DNA of 63,519 nucleotides, the filler included, from Candidatus Desantisbacteria bacterium CG1_02_49_89 (GTDB taxonomy: Bacteria; Desantisbacteria; UBA1551): NCBI GenBank assembly GCA_001871075.1. It is 3 parts of 3 records of this genome, joined end to end, with 100 filler letters (N's around TTAATTAATTAA, not from the genome) between each part and the next. Parts side by side here need not be neighbours in the genome. Positions count along the whole stretch, not along the records: positions 1 to 24,288 come from MNUP01000090.1; positions 24,389 to 46,809 come from MNUP01000104.1; 1 more part is not named here. One strand, given 5' to 3'. Under the pieces are notes generated by a model. That model ran no database searches. It was not told where the DNA came from and worked only from the letters and a program-made list of their open reading frames with translations. The position numbers were made by a program, and so were the translations under genes. Positions within the stretch are counted from its first letter, which is position 1. Every line of letters starts with the position of its first letter. Shown here one piece after another: positions 19,307-30,254 of the stretch.

Positions 19307-20453
19307 CCGCGCTGATCTTCCTGTAATCGGAAACAGAGATCGCCGCGGGAAGGTAAGGCGTAACGAAAATGAGAAGTTCCGTGTCTTTTATCTGGGTATA
19401 GCTGCCGCTGAAAAACCAGTTAATGACCGGGATGTAGCCCAGCACAGGCACTCTTCTCGTGCTGCGCGACACCGTCTTTTGCAGCAGGCCCGCTATTATC
19501 GCGGTTTCCCCTTTTTGCAGGAGAAGGTTTGTCTGCGCTGAACGGGTAAGCACACCCGGGACCCCGCCTGACGCGCTCGCCCAGTCAGGATTGCTGAATT
19601 CCGCTTTCAAAACAAGATTTATATTGCCGCTCTGGTCAATGCCCGGCTTGACGTTAAGGCTAACCCCGTATTTTTTCCACTCCGTGGTAACCCCGCCAAG
19701 ACTGCCCTGCGAGACCTGGAAAGGTATCTCCCCGCCCGCGAAGAAGCTCGCTTCCTCGCCGCTCGCGACCACAAGCCTTGGCTTGGCAAGCAGTTTGGCC
19801 TTCCCTTCCTTTATCCATATATTCAGCTGGGAAAAATCTATGCCTGTCGTAACCGAATAAAGCGAACCCGGGGGCGGACTCAGAAATTCGTAGCTTGCGC
19901 TCAGCGGTATCGGGTTGAGATCGTTTATAAGTTCCTCGTCAATTTCCACTATCTTGACGTCAATTTCAACCATCTGCCTGAGTTTAGGGTTGACCCTTAC
20001 AAGGTCTATCACGTTGGGATAAGTTTTTGTGATCTGGTTGTACCTGTAAAGATCGGGCTGCTTAAAAAGCTCGCCTTCTATAATGACGTTCGGGCCCGCA
20101 ACTTTTACCTGGATGCCGTCTATGTCTCCCAGAAGCTGCTTCAGTTCGTCAGCGGTGGATTTCGGGTCCTTTTCCCAGACCGTGATCCTCCTGGTTTCCT
20201 TGTTCCCGTCCTTGTCCCAGATCACGAGGTCGGTAGTGCCAATGCCCTTTCCGGTCACAAGCACCTGCTTGCGGTTGGACGTGAGGAAAACATCCGCCAC
20301 GCTTTCATTGCCTATGGCTATCCTCTGCGGCGAATCAACCTCTACAACTCTTTGCTGTCCTGTAACAAGCTCTATGGACTGGCGTTCCTGCGCCCGGATT
20401 GCAGTGCCTGATAAAATACAGATAACGGCCAAGCACAAATATTTCTTTTTCAT
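19266..20453 (-). CDS. Tad secretin RcpA/CpaC-like
   Basis: T2SS/T3SS pilin-N domain; LAKPRLVVASGEEASFFAGGEIP; VPVLGYIP; ELLIFVTP. Confidence 0.9.
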   Translation of the reverse strand: MKKKYLCLAVICILSGTAIRAQERQSIELVTGQQRVVEVDSPQRIAIGNESVADVFLTSNRKQVLVTGKGIGTTDLVIWDKDGNKETRRITVWEKDPKSTADELKQLLGDIDGIQVKVAGPNVIIEGELFKQPDLYRYNQITKTYPNVIDLVRVNPKLRQMVEIDVKIVEIDEELINDLNPIPLSASYEFLSPPPGSLYSVTTGIDFSQLNIWIKEGKAKLLAKPRLVVASGEEASFFAGGEIPFQVSQGSLGGVTTEWKKYGVSLNVKPGIDQSGNINLVLKAEFSNPDWASASGGVPGVLTRSAQTNLLLQKGETAIIAGLLQKTVSRSTRRVPVLGYIPVINWFFSGSYTQIKDTELLIFVTPYLPAAISVSDYRKISADETRSDTGAGRGK

Positions 20454-20587
20454 TCTGTCTCCCTTTTCCTTAAAGTAACAAGTAACAAGCGTCAAGTAAC
20501 AAGTTAAATAATTACTCATCATATTTTTAAAAATACCTTGTTGTTGACTCATAACTCATAATTCATAACTCATAATTTTATCGAAAA

Positions 20588-21397
20588 TTACTGGTTCTGT
20601 TCCGCCACTCCGCCTTTTATGATCTCGGTCCGTTCAACCTGCCTTTCTTTTCTCTGGGCATTCAGCCTTCTTTCGGTTTCAAGTATTGAGCCCAGGCTGA
20701 CCTCCGGCAGATTTTCTTTCACGTCCAGGTCCGCGGGATTCCTCAGGACAAGGGCAAGCTTGCCCCTTTCCTGCGCGAGAACAAGCATTTCCGCTTCTTC
20801 AGGCGTTACCGCGACTGTCACTGAAGAATAAGCGCCCTGCAGCATTGAACCTATCATGTTCATTTCCGCTTCATCCTTGTTTTCGCTGCTTGATACTTTG
20901 GTGCCAACGCCTATAACGGTCACGTTCTGCAGAATGACCTTTGTTATGGTCCTGCCGCCTGATTCAAACGTTCCAAGCACGTCCACCCTGTCATTCGGCT
21001 TAAGGCTTCCGGCGATACCGGTTATTTCATCAACTGCGATCGCCATTGCCCTTTCGCCCGGATTCAGGGCTGCCGAGAACCCGCCTTCCCCTTTGCCTAT
21101 GTCAGACCACAGTATCGGCTGGCCCTTTAAGAGTGTGTATCTTGCGGGCTGTCCGAGTATTACGTCCCTGCTGTCAGGATATATGGCGTGGGGATGGACG
21201 AACCCGGACGGCACCTTTCTTATCGCGAGATTGCCTGCCTGGATAGGCGTTTCCCTGGGGATGTCAGACGCGGCTACCAGGACTTCTACCCCGGAGCCTC
21301 CGAATACCTGCTTTTCCTTTTGCTGCATGTAAACAAACAGCAGCAGGACCGCTGCCGCGGCAATTATTACTGCGAACCATATTCTTTTTTTCTCCAT
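20588..21397 (-). CDS. cpaB: Flp pilus assembly protein CpaB
   Basis: SAF domain VLVAASDIP; GERAMAI; DRVDV; LALVLRNP. Confidence 0.93.
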   Translation of the reverse strand: MEKKRIWFAVIIAAAAVLLLFVYMQQKEKQVFGGSGVEVLVAASDIPRETPIQAGNLAIRKVPSGFVHPHAIYPDSRDVILGQPARYTLLKGQPILWSDIGKGEGGFSAALNPGERAMAIAVDEITGIAGSLKPNDRVDVLGTFESGGRTITKVILQNVTVIGVGTKVSSSENKDEAEMNMIGSMLQGAYSSVTVAVTPEEAEMLVLAQERGKLALVLRNPADLDVKENLPEVSLGSILETERRLNAQRKERQVERTEIIKGGVAEQNQ

Positions 21398-21430
21398 GTA
21401 AATTCCTTTGAGCGAGATTTTTTACTGGAT

Positions 21431-21949
21431 TTATTCTGTTTTGAAAAATCCCATTATGGTCTGTCCGATATTCGCCCAGGAGCCGCGCGCCATGCTGCAT
21501 TCGGCCTTTATGGGAACCGAGTAAGGTATAATGCCTGCGAAATACCGCGGTGTTTTTGTTCCGTATGTCATTGTAACCTTATAGGAACCATTCATTTTGT
21601 TTAGCATGTCTCCAAGCACCGGCAGATCAACCGGGATAAAAGAAGAGTTTTTGGTGTCCAATTCCACAAGCATTTCCTCGGTGCCTTTTTCGAAGGCAGT
21701 GAAAAACATTCCTGTTCTTTCTTTGATCTCATCGTGGCTCAGGTTAGTATGCGCTTTAAGCCATGCACCGTGGCGCACAGCCATTTCGCATCTTTGCTGG
21801 ACCAGGTTCAGCCTGCCAATTAGATATATTCCCATGAACATAAGCGTCAGCACAGGAATTACCAGCGCCAGCTCAATCAGGGCCTGCCCGGATTGTTTCA
21901 ATTGAAGATTGTAGGATTTAAGATTGAGAGATTTAAGGAATTTATTCAT
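21431..21949 (-). CDS. TadE-like pseudopilin
   Basis: GQALIELALVIP prepilin motif. Confidence 0.8.
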   Translation of the reverse strand: MNKFLKSLNLKSYNLQLKQSGQALIELALVIPVLTLMFMGIYLIGRLNLVQQRCEMAVRHGAWLKAHTNLSHDEIKERTGMFFTAFEKGTEEMLVELDTKNSSFIPVDLPVLGDMLNKMNGSYKVTMTYGTKTPRYFAGIIPYSVPIKAECSMARGSWANIGQTIMGFFKTE

Positions 21950-22011
21950 ATTTTCATTTTATTTTTCATTTGACGTTGACACGTTGATACGCTGACACGT
22001 TGACACGAATT

Positions 22012-22845
22012 TTAATGGTAAACCTGCTTGCCCATAAACTGCCCTCGTTCCCCGTTGAATACCCGCACAGGCATCAGGCAGGCACCCCAGCCTGCCACCA
22101 CCTTGTCTTTCTTAAGCTGCCCTTTTTCAAACCTGGGCCTTGCGCTGGCGACAACGAAGAAAGGCCTGTTTTTCAAACCGATAATATCCAGCCCGAAAAC
22201 TTCTTCTTTTTTCTTGAAGCCGAATATTGTAGCGAATGGGCCGTTTCTTTCCTGCGGCGACCAGTATTTCGGCGAGTCCAGTTTGTATATGGTAAAGGCA
22301 TTTTCCATAAATGCGATCTTCTTTGTTTTTTTCACCCCAAGGGACAGGGCTTTTCTGAAATCCTTGTCGTTGACCGGCCAGGCAGCGTCAAGGCCATTTT
22401 TCTTTGCAGCCATGAATGCGGAAGCCATCGCAATACCTGGGAACATATTTGCTATTTTTTCCTGCAGCATTGAAACCTTAATGGATGCCTGGCGTATTTT
22501 TTCGGCTGCCGGCGGATCAACAAGGGCGGGAAAATACGCCAGGAACAGGCTTTCCTGGATGAAATTCAGGTGACCTTCAAAGTTCAGGCCTCTTGCCTGC
22601 CAGAGCGCGGCTGTCTGCGCCGCGGAGTCAATCGCGTTCTGCATTTTTATGCGCTGCGCGACCATTCTCCCCGTGTTAAAAGTTACCAGGAAGAACATCG
22701 CAAGCACAAGCAGCATCAGCGCCGTAAATACCAGCACCTGCCCCTTCCGGCTCGATAGCAGATCTAAAACTTTTGACTTTTGTTCCAAAGGAACTCCTTC
22801 AGAGCATTTTATCTTTGACACGTTGACACGCTGATACGTTGACAC
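22012..22845 (-). CDS. Tad domain (TadG-like) protein; start uncertain
   Basis: KGQVLVF...MQNAIDSAA..AA. Confidence 0.75.
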   Translation of the reverse strand: MSTYQRVNVSKIKCSEGVPLEQKSKVLDLLSSRKGQVLVFTALMLLVLAMFFLVTFNTGRMVAQRIKMQNAIDSAAQTAALWQARGLNFEGHLNFIQESLFLAYFPALVDPPAAEKIRQASIKVSMLQEKIANMFPGIAMASAFMAAKKNGLDAAWPVNDKDFRKALSLGVKKTKKIAFMENAFTIYKLDSPKYWSPQERNGPFATIFGFKKKEEVFGLDIIGLKNRPFFVVASARPRFEKGQLKKDKVVAGWGACLMPVRVFNGERGQFMGKQVYH

Positions 22846-22850
22846 TGCAG

Positions 22851-23285
22851 TTAGTTCTCCATCCTCATAACGCAGCTTGCCCTTACAGGAATGCGCTGGA
22901 TACCCAATCCGCCCCAGAAGAAACTGAACAGCTTTCCCACGAGCGGAAACTGCAGTTTGTAGTAATGTGTTACTGTAACCTTAAGTTCTGTCAGCGGGAT
23001 CGTGCCCTGCCTGATCATCAGGTCCTTTTCAACTGAAGTTGATATTAAAGCTATGGCAAGATTTCCGGCAATCGGGGCGCAGGCAGTTGAAGCTGACAGC
23101 CTCATCTGGTTGTCATCCGCGTTGTGGACAATGCCGCTCCTGCACGCGCAGAACGCCGCGTAGTTCACAACCGAATACGCGTTAATAATAAGCCCGAACT
23201 GGGCTATACCCATTATAAAAAGCAGCAGCAAAGGAAAAGCTATCGCAGTTTCAACCAGCGCTTGTCCTTTTTGATATCGCGGCAT
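22851..23285 (-). CDS. TadE-like pseudopilin
   Basis: KGQALVETAIAFP. Confidence 0.85.
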   Translation of the reverse strand: MPRYQKGQALVETAIAFPLLLLFIMGIAQFGLIINAYSVVNYAAFCACRSGIVHNADDNQMRLSASTACAPIAGNLAIALISTSVEKDLMIRQGTIPLTELKVTVTHYYKLQFPLVGKLFSFFWGGLGIQRIPVRASCVMRMEN

Positions 23286-23347
23286 GATTAAATTACTCAC
23301 TTGTTTCTACCAGTGAACCGGCTGACCGGCAAACCGGCTAACTTTAT

Positions 23348-23566
23348 TTATTTTTTCCCGAAAGCGTCCTTCGTGGTGGACTCTATCTTCTCGCTTGACT
23401 TGGTGAACATCCCGGCGATCTGCTTGCCGAACTTTGAGACCACTACAAGCGCCGCCACTGCCACGAGCACGATGATGAGTATGTACTCTGTCATTCCCTG
23501 CCCTGAACTTGAGCGAAGCGAATAGTTTAGGGCCTGCCATCTTTTACCTTTACCGAATAACTTCAT
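23348..23566 (-). CDS. Flp family major pilin
   Basis: GQGMTEYILII Flp motif followed by hydrophobic helix. Confidence 0.88.
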   Translation of the reverse strand: MKLFGKGKRWQALNYSLRSSSGQGMTEYILIIVLVAVAALVVVSKFGKQIAGMFTKSSEKIESTTKDAFGKK

Positions 23567-23644
23567 CGTTCCCTCCCTATTTTTTTACTGTCTTCCATAC
23601 CTGTTTTTAACTTTCAGCTTCCGGCATTCAGCTTTCAGCTGAAA

Positions 23645-24288
23645 TCAGTACTGCCGGTATTTTATGGTGAAGTAATCCCATGTTGAAGCATTGTCAGAAT
23701 ATCCTGCCACATATACGTTGCCGGAAGAATCTACCGCGATGCCGCGGCCGCCGTCATAATCTCCCCCGTCATACCTTTTTTGCCAGATCTGGTTTCCGCC
23801 TGCATTATATTTAATAGTAAGAAAATCATAATCTCCGGGGAACGGGTCCGGGTTGAACGAATCTCCGGTTACGTAAACACAGCCTGAGCCGTCAACCGTA
23901 ACGCAATAACCATGGTCGTTGTCAAGATAATCGTATCTCTTAAGCCAGAGAGTTTCGCCGTTTGAATCGTATTTAATTGTGAGGTAATCCGATAAAATAC
24001 TTGGTGTTTTTGATGACGACCCGGTTACGTAGACATTGCCTGAACCGTCAACTGTAATGCTGCGTCCGTAATCGTTCTTCCCGTTATCGTATCTTTTCTG
24101 CCAGACTGTATTGCCGTTTGAATCGTATTTGATCGTCAATTAATCAAAGTCCGCGCCGCTGTGAGAATACCCGGTCACGTAAACGTTTCCCAAGGCATCT
24201 ACGGCGATTTTTTGGCCGGAATCAACGTTCCCGCTGTTGTATCTTCTCTCCCAGACGGTATTGCCGCCTGAATCGTATTTGATAGTTA
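23645..24288 (-). pseudogene. SBBP (beta-propeller) repeat protein, 5'-truncated by contig end, with in-frame TAA at 24140-24142
   Basis: Repeats TIKYD..G..VW.KRYD...I.VD..GNVYVTG; FD*LTIKY where other repeats read DYLTIKY/DYFTIKY. Confidence 0.75.
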
Positions 24289-24388
24289 NNNNNNNNNNNN
24301 NNNNNNNNNNNNNNNNNNNNNNNNNNNNNNNNTTAATTAATTAANNNNNNNNNNNNNNNNNNNNNNNNNNNNNNNNNNNNNNNNNNNN
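24289..24388. other. Artificial contig-joining spacer
   Basis: 44 N + TTAATTAATTAA (stops in all six frames) + 44 N; identical to 46810-46909. Confidence 0.95.
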
Positions 24389-25431
24389 AGATTCAGAGCG
24401 GTTATAATCTGCGTGAAGTCATCAACTATATTGAGGAGCTTCGTTTCCGTTCCCATACTGAAAAGCACGAGATGTCGCACCTATACGAAGCCAAGATCAA
24501 GAATATGGGAAATGCCGGAAGGAACGGCGGTGAATATTACACACCCCGGCCGCTCATAAAGACAATCGTGAAAGTGGTAGCGCCTGAAATTGGTAACAAA
24601 ATCTATGACGGAGCTGTAGGTTCAGCGGGATTCTTGTGCGAAGCCTTTGAATACCTGAAAGCCTGCAAGAATCTGACTACCAAAGGCGCGGAAACTCTGC
24701 AGAAAAAAACCTTCTATGGCAAGGAAAAAAAGTCACTTGCCTATATCATCGGCATAATGAATATGATTTTGCACGGCATTGAAGCGCCTAATATTGTGCA
24801 TACCAATACATTAGCTGAGAACCTTGCCGATATACAGGAAAAAGACCGTTATGATGTTATCCTTGCCAATCCTCCTTTTGGCGGCAAGGAACGCGCAGAG
24901 GTGCAGCAAAACTTTCCTATCAAAACCGGCGAAACCGCTTTTCTATTTCTTCAGCATTTCATTAAGATTCTGAAAGCGGGTGGCAGGGCAGGTGTTGTGA
25001 TTAAAAACACCTTTCTTTCTAATACCGATAATGCTTCCGTATCTTTGCGCAAACTGCTGCTGGAAAGCTGCAATCTTTATACGGTTCTGGATCTGCCCGG
25101 TGGTACCTTTACCGGTGCAGGTGTTAAAACAATTGTACTTTTTTTTGAAAAAGGAGTGCCTACACGCAAAGTCTGGTTTTATCAGCTTAATTTGGATAGA
25201 AATCTTGGCAAGACAAATCCGCTGAACGAAAGTGATTTGGCTGAGTTTGTGAAATTACAGAAAGCCAAGGCCGATTCAGAGAATTCCTGGTTAGTGAAGG
25301 CTGATGATGTGAATACCACCACTTATGACCTTTCAGTAAAGAACCCACATAAAAAAGATGAAACCGCTCTGCGTAAACCTAAAGAAATTCTGGATGAGAT
25401 GATAAAATTAGATAAGGAGACTAAAGGAATT
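24389..25431 (+). CDS. hsdM: Type I restriction-modification methyltransferase HsdM (partial, bounded by gaps)
   Basis: GEYYTPRPLI, YDGAVGSAGFL, ANPPFGG. Confidence 0.9.
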
Positions 25432-25504
25432 NNNNNNNNNNNNNNNNNNNNNNNNNNNNCTTAAATCCATAAAAATAAAAAACTTTAGCAAAAATATGAT
25501 TTAA

Positions 25505-25674
25505 CCCCCCGCGGCTTGCCGCGGGGATACAAATCATCCTTACCTGAAGGGGAGAAGAGGGGAAACGAGGCCGTTGCCCCTCATCCTTAAAGGATTGCCG
25601 TAAGCAATCCTGCGCAGCTTCGGCTCGATTTCAAGCCGAAGCGAGCATAAGACTCCCCGCGGCTTGCCGCGGGG
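25505..25674. mobile_element. Putative non-autonomous IS200/IS605-like element bounded by two CCCCGCGGCTTGCCGCGGGG hairpins
   Basis: Identical 20-nt hairpins at 25507-25526 and 25655-25674; no transposase ORF between them. Confidence 0.55.
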
Positions 25675-25762
25675 TAATTCAAAGAATTTGGGAGGATGCC
25701 CGCAAGGGCTCCTCTCAGGATTAATCAGGATCAGGATTTTAATAGGATGGCATAGATGACAG

Positions 25763-27744
25763 ATGATTTGTAAAAAAGCCCCAAATCTTGGGCTCAGGAT
25801 TATCCTGCAGGCGGCATGCTGCGGCCTGGCACTGTTATGCTTTGCCGGACCCGGATACGGGAACGTCTCAAATTACGTGGGCTGCTCATACTCCAACATC
25901 AACAAGCTTCCTGCTGGGTCGATCGGCAGCAATATGCTGAATGCCCAGCTTGTGCCTGATACAACCGTATCCAGACTCAAATTCATTACTCCTTCACGCA
26001 TTATTATCGTTGGTTCTCCCTCAGGCATAATGTTTGGCAACAGCATCACGGTTGAGGCGCAGAACGCGCTGGGCAACACGGACGCTTCCTTCAGCGGCAC
26101 GGTAACCCTCAGTTCAAGCTCGGGCACAGGGCGGTTCTCGCGCAACGGCGTCACCTGGAGCACGCTCAGCGATTCTGTGTTCACGATGCAGGCAGGATCA
26201 GTCAGCTTCTACTTCAAAGACTTTGTTGAGAACAGCCCCACGATCTCAGCGCTGCACGCGTCCCTGATACCGGCCTCGCAGATCGAAGGCGTCCTTATTG
26301 ACTCAACCGCCCCGCAGGGGGCTGTTTCAATTAACAGCGGCGCGTTGTTCGCGAACAGGAAAAACGTAACGCTGAACCTTTCCGCGGCTGACACGATGGT
26401 CAGCGTTGACCTGATAGTTATCAGCAACAGCCCGGCTTTCGAAACTTCAAACACGGTCGCTTACAGCGCTTCAGCTCCGTGGACGCTGTCAGGCGCGGAA
26501 GAAACTAACACCGTTCACGTTAAATTCATTGACAGGGTCGGAAACGTTTCAGCGGTGTTCAGCGACAGCATATACGTTGACCTCACAGCGCCCGTCACGG
26601 GCAGTGTCAGCATAATCACGGATACCTATTCGATCTATGCTTACTCAAGGAACGTAGTGCTTTCGCTCAGTGCTTCTGACACGCTTACATCAATAGACAC
26701 GATGGTCATAAGCAATTACGCTGACTTCAGCGCAAGCAGCACGGTTGCATACGCCAATACGGCTTCCTGGACACTGCTTACAGGCGACGGCACCAGGACA
26801 GTATACGTGAAGTTCATGGATAAAGCAGGCAACCTGTCTGCTGTGTATTCGGACAATATCATGCAGGTAATGGGCACCATAAGCGGCGCGGTTTTCAAGG
26901 ACACTGATCCATACGATACATACACTTATCTGCAGCCCATTGCCGCGGTTGTCATTGACATTATGAAAAATACGGAGATTATCGCTACTGCCGCAACCTA
27001 CAGTGACGGTACATTCGGTTCATGGATCTTAATAGCGGTACATACTCCGTTGTGGCAACGTGGATCGCTAATGACATAGTTTCCAGCGTGTCCAGCGACA
27101 TCCGCACCGGGACTTTGGGCCTGACTTACACCCTGTCGATCAAATACAAGCTGGGCGAGATCTCAGGGCTGGTCGCGGGAGTCAAAGCCAGGGTAACGCC
27201 GTTCAAGTTCGGGTGCAAAGTGTTCTCGGCGGAATCAGACGGCATTGTTGAGCTCTCCCAGAGGGGAAGAGTTGTTATCAGGGTTCCTGTTGACGCTATC
27301 GGAAGGTACTCGATCCCGAACCTGCTGCCCGGAACATTCACTGCAAGGGCGTTTAACGGTTATATCTGGAGCAACACGGTCAGGGTAACGCTCAGGGAAG
27401 GCCAGCTGCTTAACCTTAACTTCACGTTTGAAGCCCTGCCTGAAACGCTGGTGAAGAGTTATCCCAACCCGGTTAAGAACGGTTCAGCGACAATCGAATT
27501 CTACTGCGACTATACTGCCGCAGACCTTGAAATAAGGATATTCACGCTCGACGGAGAAGTTGTAAAAACATTCGTATGGTTATACGGTGGAGTGTCGGGA
27601 ACTATACATACTAAAGTATGGAACTGCGACAACGAGTTGACCGAAAAGGTCGCAAGCGGCGTATACCTGTACCAGGTTGTTGCCACGGATAAATTAACAA
27701 GTCAGCGCAAGTCGGTTGTGAAGAAACTGATGATCATCAGGTAG
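25763..27744 (+). pseudogene. Secreted Ig-repeat surface protein with carboxypeptidase-regulatory-like and FlgD-Ig/T9SS-CTD-like C-terminus; frameshift near 27015-27022
   Basis: ORFs 25763-27079 and 27022-27744 join as ...SDGTF|FMDLNSGTY; C-terminus SYPNP...VASGVYLY...KKLMIIR. Confidence 0.7.
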
Positions 27745-27837
27745 TCTCAAACCTCCCTCCTGAAAGATTTGCGGGTTTTCAAAAAGGTTTGAGTTACGTA
27801 ACTCAGGGCTTCAGCCCTGAGGGTTTTAAGGAAAAAT

Positions 27838-29391
27838 ATGAAAGATACTAAAAAAATGTTATTTTGGGTTCTGATGGCAATGCTGATCGCGTTAGGGACA
27901 GCAGGGCAATGCGCGATAACGCAGATGGCGGTGCAGACCATTGACGGGTTTGGTAAGCCGACTGCTTCGTTCTCAGAGGGCGGGCAGATAGGGTTGGGAA
28001 TATCCTTCTATAATAATAATGCAAATGTGGGGAGGGTTTATTTTGAATTTTATATTTATGAGCCCAGCGATACGCAAAAGCAGCACCCCGTTTTTACGCA
28101 CTTAGGTAATTCCGCTCCCGGGGGTGCGGGAAATAAATCTTCTTCCCTGAAGGTGCCGGTCAACTTATTTTATACAAAACCAGGATTTTATATTTTTCAA
28201 GGCGTAGCTAAGGCAGATACAGAGACAGTCACGGATTATAGAAGATTCAGGATACTGCCCGGGGTCATCGACCTTTTCTACCCGCCCAACGCGATGAAAG
28301 ACGTTGCTGATAACCCTCTTGTTTTCAGGTGGTATTCGTCCGGCGCGGACAAATACAGGATATTATTTGACGATAATTCGGGGTTCATGAACCCCATCTG
28401 GAGCACGGAAACAGACCAGGCAAGCGTTGAATACCCGGCTTTCCCTGCAGACCCCAGGCAGAAGCTTTCATCAGGAATAGTTTACTGGTGGAAGGTGGAA
28501 GGGCTGGACGCGTTCGGGAACAAGATACTTGACTCGCGCGCTCCTTTCAGTTTCACCCTGAAGGAAGCTATTGCTTCGGACGTGCTCGTGGAAAGGATCG
28601 GCATGCTGATAGACAGTGAGAAAGAGGAAATATTCATTTTCGCGGACGTGAAGAACGCGGGAGGCAAGGCCGAATACAACATACCGCTATCGGTCTATTT
28701 CAACGGAGAACAGGTAGGTTCGGCCAAAACCATAGACGTGATCCAGGTCAACGAAACAAAAAGGGTCACATTTGACTGCAGCAGTAAGGCAATGCAGCTT
28801 CTCGGTGCCAAGGAAGCCATAAATGTGGTTATTTCCGGAATGATAAATTTCGCCGACGACAGCCAGAAGAACAACCTGTTGACAGCGGCGCTGAAAATTG
28901 AACTTGAGAAAGCGAAAATAATAGGAAGGATCACTGACAGCGAAAGCCCGCCCATGGGGGTGGAAGGGGTTTCGGTGTTCTATTCAGGCCCTGTGAGCGG
29001 TGAAGTCAAGACAAACAATGGCGGGCATTACAAGATAGAAAACCTGCCGCTTGGGGAATACACGATAAGGACGGTAAAAGAAGGATTCGAAGTCCCGTCT
29101 TCTCTTTTGATAAGATTGGAAAAGAGAAAGGCCTGCACGGGCAATAACGTTGTCCTGGTAAAACTCGGAGAGGAAGCAGTTCTGCTCATCGCGGATCCTT
29201 CTTACAGCCCGGCTGATCCTTATTTAGGTGAAAGCATCACTGTTCAGGTCAGGATCAAGGATTCCAAAGGCATAGACAAAGTCGAAATACTCTACCAGCT
29301 CCCCGGAGAAGAAGGCGCCAGGACAATAGAAATGAACAGGGTGAGCGGGGACCAGAAGGAAGGAGTTTATGAAGCCACAATCAAACAATAA
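27838..29391 (+). CDS. Secreted multi-Ig-domain protein (CARDB and carboxypeptidase-regulatory-like domains)
   Basis: Signal peptide; VYWWKVEG; VKNAGG..E; TNNGGHYKIENLPLGEYTI. Confidence 0.7.
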   Translation: MKDTKKMLFWVLMAMLIALGTAGQCAITQMAVQTIDGFGKPTASFSEGGQIGLGISFYNNNANVGRVYFEFYIYEPSDTQKQHPVFTHLGNSAPGGAGNKSSSLKVPVNLFYTKPGFYIFQGVAKADTETVTDYRRFRILPGVIDLFYPPNAMKDVADNPLVFRWYSSGADKYRILFDDNSGFMNPIWSTETDQASVEYPAFPADPRQKLSSGIVYWWKVEGLDAFGNKILDSRAPFSFTLKEAIASDVLVERIGMLIDSEKEEIFIFADVKNAGGKAEYNIPLSVYFNGEQVGSAKTIDVIQVNETKRVTFDCSSKAMQLLGAKEAINVVISGMINFADDSQKNNLLTAALKIELEKAKIIGRITDSESPPMGVEGVSVFYSGPVSGEVKTNNGGHYKIENLPLGEYTIRTVKEGFEVPSSLLIRLEKRKACTGNNVVLVKLGEEAVLLIADPSYSPADPYLGESITVQVRIKDSKGIDKVEILYQLPGEEGARTIEMNRVSGDQKEGVYEATIKQ

Positions 29392-30193
29392 GTCAAATTG
29401 CAAATTGCAAATTGCAAATTGGTTAATCCTGATCAACCTATTGGCATTTTTGATAATGGTTGACACAGTTGCGCAAGCGGCGAGGATAGCCACGTTATCT
29501 TTGTTCTCGGGTAAAGTGGAGGTGCAGAGAAGCCAGAAAGACAGCTGGGAACCTGTAAAGATCAAAATGCCGCTTTACGTGAAGGACAAAGTGAGGACGG
29601 CAGCCAAATCTTCGGCGGAAATAGTGCTTGATGATAATAGTATATTGAGATTAAAGGAAAGGTCTGTTATGGAAATAAGGGACCTTAGCGAGGAAAGAGG
29701 GGCCAGAAATACTTCCTTCGGAGTACTTATCGGGAAGGTCTGGACCAGCGTGACACCCCAGCCCGCGGGTTCCAAGTTCCAGATACTCAGCACGTCCGCC
29801 ACTGTAGGCGTAAGGGGCACGGTAATGGCCGTCAGCGTTGACGTGGAGCAGAACATGAGGGTCCTGCTTTTTGAGGGCAGCGCTATGATCACCACCATAA
29901 GAGCCAGGATGGAAGAAGCGCAGTCCTTGATGCTTTCCGCTAACCAGGCTGTTAATATAACACCCGTTGTTTTATCACAGCCCGAACCTATCAAGCGGCA
30001 GGAGCGCGGGGAGTGGGATGATTTCATAAAGGAAATGGATAAAATAAAAGATGCGGCTGCGCCTGAGGCAGGTATAAAGCCGGGCGGCACTATAAAATAT
30101 TCCATAAAAGCAAAGAACGTTGAGGGCAAGGAAAAGGAATCCGCCAAATACTCAATTGAAACAAAGGGCGGGACAAGGCAGGAAACGCAATAA
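29369..30193 (+). CDS. FecR-domain protein
   Basis: GKVEV..W...DKVRT..AEI..S.LRL.E.S; ATVGVRGT. Confidence 0.8.
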   Translation: MKPQSNNKSNCKLQIANWLILINLLAFLIMVDTVAQAARIATLSLFSGKVEVQRSQKDSWEPVKIKMPLYVKDKVRTAAKSSAEIVLDDNSILRLKERSVMEIRDLSEERGARNTSFGVLIGKVWTSVTPQPAGSKFQILSTSATVGVRGTVMAVSVDVEQNMRVLLFEGSAMITTIRARMEEAQSLMLSANQAVNITPVVLSQPEPIKRQERGEWDDFIKEMDKIKDAAAPEAGIKPGGTIKYSIKAKNVEGKEKESAKYSIETKGGTRQETQ

Positions 30194-30254
30194 ATTAAAA
30201 CAGCTTATAAGCTTATAAGCTTGTAAGCTCACAAGTTATACAGTCAAAAAGCAA

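Noticed and set aside
24289-24388. TTAATTAATTAA palindrome within N runs (also 46810-46909)
   Set aside because: Identical 100-nt construct with six-frame stops; an artificial contig linker, so no synteny was inferred across it.
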